Assembly: GCA_019057815.1 (NCBI GenBank)
Contig: JAHLWR010000008.1
Location: 64,001-128,000 of the forward strand
Direction: 5' to 3'
Length of the DNA: 64,000 nucleotides
DNA from: Candidatus Heimdallarchaeota archaeon
Lineage (GTDB): Archaea > Asgardarchaeota > Heimdallarchaeia > Heimdallarchaeales > Heimdallarchaeaceae
Below are positions 60,063-64,000 of this stretch, piece after piece; position 1 is the first letter of the stretch, and each line of letters opens with the position of its first letter. The position numbers and the translations under genes were made by a program. Below the pieces are notes generated by a model. The model had not been told where the DNA came from and made no database searches. It was given only the letters and a program-made list of their open reading frames with translations.

Positions 60063-61267
60063 TCTAGATTATTTTCTCTAATCTTTTTCTTCAGAATAGT
60101 TTCTATACGCTCTAGTAATACAGAAACAGGTATGTCAAGAATAGTTATTTGAGCTCTTCTTCCTCTTTTTCCTTGTGCTATAGGTCCTACTGATTTCCCT
60201 AACATCCCGACCTTGTGGAGCGTTTCTATTGCTGCTCTAAATGTTGACTTACCTCTTGATTCAATTTCATATTCTTCGCAAGAAAGAAGATAGTCTTCAT
60301 AGCTTTCATCTATGGTAGTTGAGGTTAATCCTTCCACTTTTAATTTTCTAGCAACGCCCATAATTGATAAAAGCTCTTGTACTCTTAGCTCCTCAAGTAC
60401 ATCTCTTCGCAATTCAGGATATACATCAGCTTTTGCTGCTCTAATATATTCGGCACTGATGAAGGATTCTAGTTTTAAATCTGCATTTTTTCCTCCTCTG
60501 TATAGAATTTCTAATCCTAGTCTTGCATTCTGAGATGGAGCTGAAATATCTGCAATTAAATTAAGAGTATCATCAGAATAAGATGTTGGAACAAGAGCTA
60601 GATGTGCTCGATATTTCAGAATCTCTAAAATTTGATCACGTGTGTATCCTGGAACATCTAACTGATCATGAATATGTCCAGAAAGAGGTACATTCAACAA
60701 AGAACGCCACTCAATAGGTCTAGAAATAATTATTGTTGAAATCAAACTTTTTTCTGAACCAAAATATTCTCCTGCGTGGAATATCGATAGAATATCATCA
60801 GAATTGAGCATATTAGCTTCATCTAAGGCAATAATTAACCTCATATCGTCTCTAGAGAGTCTTTTAACCAACATATCAAGAATTTCCTCGTCACTAAAAC
60901 CCCTAGATTGAATTCTGAAGTGCTCTGAGAGGATATTTCGTAAAATTGCGGTCTTACTCCTAAACGAGTGGCAATTATAATACAGAAACTTAACATTAAT
61001 ATTTCTAGAACTAGCTGCTTCTGCGAAATGTTTCATGGTATATTTGCAAAGTGCAGTTTTACCTATACCTGGCTGACCAACAATTGCAACATTGACAGAA
61101 AATGACCCTTCCTTTCCCAACAAAGATCTAAAATTCTTTGCAAGTCTTGTAATCTCTTTTTCTCTTGTAGGAAGTTCAGGAGGGACAAATTCAGGAAATA
61201 ATGTTGACTCGCTTTTGAAAATAGATTTTCCGAACATAGAATCAATAACGCGATCATAACCAGACAT
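60059..61267 (-). CDS. cdc6: Orc1/Cdc6 replication initiator
   Basis: FVP.ELP.RE, GQPGIGKT, LDEA, NAR..LE.L, C-terminal wHTH GKRGR; likely start ATG 61267. Confidence 0.93.
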   Translation of the reverse strand: MSGYDRVIDSMFGKSIFKSESTLFPEFVPPELPTREKEITRLAKNFRSLLGKEGSFSVNVAIVGQPGIGKTALCKYTMKHFAEAASSRNINVKFLYYNCHSFRSKTAILRNILSEHFRIQSRGFSDEEILDMLVKRLSRDDMRLIIALDEANMLNSDDILSIFHAGEYFGSEKSLISTIIISRPIEWRSLLNVPLSGHIHDQLDVPGYTRDQILEILKYRAHLALVPTSYSDDTLNLIADISAPSQNARLGLEILYRGGKNADLKLESFISAEYIRAAKADVYPELRRDVLEELRVQELLSIMGVARKLKVEGLTSTTIDESYEDYLLSCEEYEIESRGKSTFRAAIETLHKVGMLGKSVGPIAQGKRGRRAQITILDIPVSVLLERIETILKKKIRENNLD

Positions 61268-61392
61268 AACAAATAAACACAAAATCTTTTTGATAAAAAG
61301 TATTTCTGTTGAAAAATGAATCACACATGAGAAAAAACTAGTTTGGCAGTATCAAAAATATTTAAAATGATTCGAACATAATTCTAATGTAA

Positions 61393-61845
61393 ATGAACAT
61401 TGATGGGTCTTCTAACGATGATATTATGGTACATATAATTGATTATGATGAAGTACCAGATTCGTTATTTCCTTTTTTTACTTCGTATAGAATTCAATTT
61501 GACCCTTATATTCGATGCTATGGTTTTTTCCAAGCAAGTGAATTAGTAGCAGTTACAGCAGTTATACCTGAAGAAAGTGATTTCCAAGAAGGATTTCAAT
61601 CTGTAGGTTGCCCCATTATTTATGTTTTTGAAGTCAGGACAGACTTACAGTTAAAAGGATTGGGAACAAAATGTGCAGAAATTTTAGTTAACAGTATACT
61701 AAACGAAAATACTATTCAGTTATGTTGTATATCTTCCATCATTCCTTTTTGGTCTAAATTGGGTTTTGAAGTCAAATCTATTGACCAAACCTTTAATTTC
61801 AATAAGATGATTCTAAGAAAAGAAGAAGATAGAGAGAAGGATTAA
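61393..61845 (+). CDS. GNAT acetyltransferase
   Basis: FEVR..LQ.KGLGT, FWSKLGF. Confidence 0.8.
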   Translation: MNIDGSSNDDIMVHIIDYDEVPDSLFPFFTSYRIQFDPYIRCYGFFQASELVAVTAVIPEESDFQEGFQSVGCPIIYVFEVRTDLQLKGLGTKCAEILVNSILNENTIQLCCISSIIPFWSKLGFEVKSIDQTFNFNKMILRKEEDREKD

Positions 61846-63404
61846 GATTCTACTCTTGGACCAGAAGCAATTCTCTTTAAAATCATACCTTCATGGAAAA
61901 AAGGTTTTAAGTTATGTGCTAGATTCAAAGCTTCTGTCAATCTTCCTTCACTATTTGAGTAGATAGTCATAAATTTATCTCCCTTTTTGCAGAATTCACC
62001 TGTTTTCTTATGTAGATAAACTCCTGCTTCTTTATGTCTTGGTGTTCCAGCAGCATTAGCAATTTTCTTTACTGCAACATTTGAGATTTTAACTATATAA
62101 CCATCTTTTGGAGCTTCAACATCTACTGTGTATTCTCCAACAACAACATCTTCAGGTTTGACATTAGGGTCTCCACCTTGAACTCCTATAATTTCTTCCA
62201 TTTTTGCTTGTGTCTTTCCTTTCAGAACATAATCTGAAGCTAGTGCACCACCTTGTCCTGGAGGGGATAAACCAGCCATTTCAAAGAGAATTCCCGTAAG
62301 TTCAACGCTTTTTTCAAACACACTCGTTGGACCTTTTCCTTGTATAACTTCCAAAGCTTCACGAGCTTCAAGAGCAGGACCAATAGCTCGCCCTAAAGGT
62401 TGTTCACCAAAGCTTAAAGCAGCTTCAACTTGCAATCCAAGTCTTCGACCTAGTTCTGTAGATTCTTGAGCATAACTTATAGCATCTTCACGTGTTGGCA
62501 TTTTTGTACCTTCACCTGTGGGAATATCAAGAACTAGATAATCAACACCAGTAGACAATTTCTTACTGAAAATACTAGCAAGCATTTGACTATGAGGATC
62601 TATTCCTAAAGGTTGTTCAACTTTGTGAATAACAATTTCGTCTAATGGTGATAGATCCAGAGTCCCACCCCATACAAGCATTCCACGGGTTTTTGGAGCA
62701 ATTTCCAGAATTTCATCAGCAGAGAAATTAACATCACATAAAACTTCCATTGTATCAGCTGTTCCTGAAGGACTAGTGATAGCTCTTGAACTTGTTTTAG
62801 GTATGAGCAAACCTGCAGCTGCTACTGTCGGAACAATAATAAGCGAAACTTTATTGCCTGGTACACCACCTATAGAGTGTTTATCATAAACTGGTTCATC
62901 AAAATCCAAAGTTGTTCCAGATTCTGCCATATACTTTGTTAGAGTTGTTATTTCATCCATATTTAACCCCAAGTAATATTGTGCTAGAGTAAACATTGCT
63001 ATCTCTAGTTCGGTGTAGTTACCTACAGTTATATCATTAACAATTGTTCGAATTTGGGAATCATTCCAAACGCTTCCAGTTCTTTTATTTTTTACATATT
63101 CTAAAGATGCAGGACGCCTTCTTATGAAAATATTAACCTTCTGTCCTTCAATAACATGTAATGATTCAATATCTAATCCTTTTAATCCAACACTATTTGG
63201 AGGGACAAGATCGCTAGAAGAAACGACTTCACACATTAATTCATAAGATTCATTCTTAATTTTAATCCTTGCAGAATGTTTAATCTTAAGTTCATCCAAA
63301 GTTTTTGAATTGATAACTGCTAATGGTTTTTCTATTTCTAAATCTATTTTTTTGACTACCAGATTTGTCATTTTTATCATCTTTACAATTACAAGGGAAG
63401 ACAA
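61842..63404 (-). CDS. AMP phosphorylase (archaeal thymidine phosphorylase family)
   Basis: DKHSIGGVPGNK, PKTSSRAITSPSGTADTME, GPALEA; N-terminal barrel extension. Confidence 0.95.
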   Translation of the reverse strand: MSSLVIVKMIKMTNLVVKKIDLEIEKPLAVINSKTLDELKIKHSARIKIKNESYELMCEVVSSSDLVPPNSVGLKGLDIESLHVIEGQKVNIFIRRRPASLEYVKNKRTGSVWNDSQIRTIVNDITVGNYTELEIAMFTLAQYYLGLNMDEITTLTKYMAESGTTLDFDEPVYDKHSIGGVPGNKVSLIIVPTVAAAGLLIPKTSSRAITSPSGTADTMEVLCDVNFSADEILEIAPKTRGMLVWGGTLDLSPLDEIVIHKVEQPLGIDPHSQMLASIFSKKLSTGVDYLVLDIPTGEGTKMPTREDAISYAQESTELGRRLGLQVEAALSFGEQPLGRAIGPALEAREALEVIQGKGPTSVFEKSVELTGILFEMAGLSPPGQGGALASDYVLKGKTQAKMEEIIGVQGGDPNVKPEDVVVGEYTVDVEAPKDGYIVKISNVAVKKIANAAGTPRHKEAGVYLHKKTGEFCKKGDKFMTIYSNSEGRLTEALNLAHNLKPFFHEGMILKRIASGPRVES

Positions 63405-63501
63405 AATTGCTCAAAGGTCTTTATATACATTTATATTAATCGAATTCTGTTGATTGATAACTTAAGTTAATTGAAAATAAAAAGAAGGAGAACAGATAGG
63501 T

Positions 63502-63999
63502 CTACTCTCTTTGTATTAATTTTCTTGCTTCAAAGTACAATTTTATTTTCTGGAATAATCTCATTCTCAAGGCTACCACCAAAAACACAAAGAATATTAT
63601 TATAGGTATCCAAACTACTAGTGTTGAAGTATAATAAAGTAATCCCCATCCATGAGTTTTTATCAGTGTAAAATTCGCACTGTATGGTACACCATTGATA
63701 GAATAGCTAGCACTATAGTACATTTCATTTAGAATGCTCGTTTCAATATCGTAGATGAGTGTTATGAAAGTAGTATTGTATATTTGAACCCATAATTGTT
63801 CTGTTTCATTTAAAGAGCCGTCCACAAAATAAGTTGTACTATCTATGGTATATTTTGTAGTGTTAATAGTTGCTATTCCTGCATCTCTGTCAAGATCCCA
63901 TATAGAAGCATTAACCCAATCAAAGTACCTTATCACAGAGTAGTTGCTTGGACCGCCTAACGTAATGTTTAATGAGTAGGGCGTGATGAATCTGTATAA
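63502..63999 (-). CDS. Extracellular protein with C-terminal TM anchor, 5'-partial
   Basis: Frame stays open to the window end; NxS/T sequons, C-terminal TM plus basic tail. Confidence 0.7.
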   Translation of the reverse strand, partial: LYRFITPYSLNITLGGPSNYSVIRYFDWVNASIWDLDRDAGIATINTTKYTIDSTTYFVDGSLNETEQLWVQIYNTTFITLIYDIETSILNEMYYSASYSINGVPYSANFTLIKTHGWGLLYYTSTLVVWIPIIIFFVFLVVALRMRLFQKIKLYFEARKLIQRE

Positions 64000-64000
64000 A

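Noticed and set aside
59573-61392. Replication origin beside cdc6
   Set aside because: No repeated ORB-like (TCCA..GAAAC/G-string) elements seen in either flank
1-64000. Transposases, integrases, viral genes, rRNA, CRISPR arrays
   Set aside because: None recognisable in the translations or sequence

Overview
AT-rich archaeal chromosomal window, most consistent with an Asgard archaeon of the Heimdallarchaeia type. This assignment is inferred from orc1/cdc6, AMP phosphorylase, an intron-containing tRNA-Pro, expanded TPR proteins with longin-like tails and large Lrp/ArsR-type regulators. The left end (1-3.85 kb) is a small defence island. It holds an ORF missing from the supplied track (minus strand, 1341 to beyond position 1) that fuses a PD-(D/E)xK nuclease to an APAZ-like domain, the architecture of short-Argonaute effectors. 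It also holds an ABC-ATPase/TOPRIM pair and a HicAB module. Positions 5-25 kb form a patchy signalling and accessory region: three stand-alone receivers, an orphan frameshifted solute-binding protein next to a HAMP sensor with an Asp-for-His H-box and no kinase domain, TPR-longin fusions, a 7TM-uDENN/longin-like fusion, a Grx-TrxR/DpsL pair, a candidate structured ncRNA and several gene relics. Positions 26-30 kb hold a feoAAB-x-feoC operon with a divergent DtxR regulator and tandem palindromic operators. The remainder is mostly metabolic or housekeeping, with a tandem GNAT resembling eukaryotic N-myristoyltransferase and a SufS-like protein lacking the PLP lysine. All family calls come from motif recognition by eye; no database searches were run.
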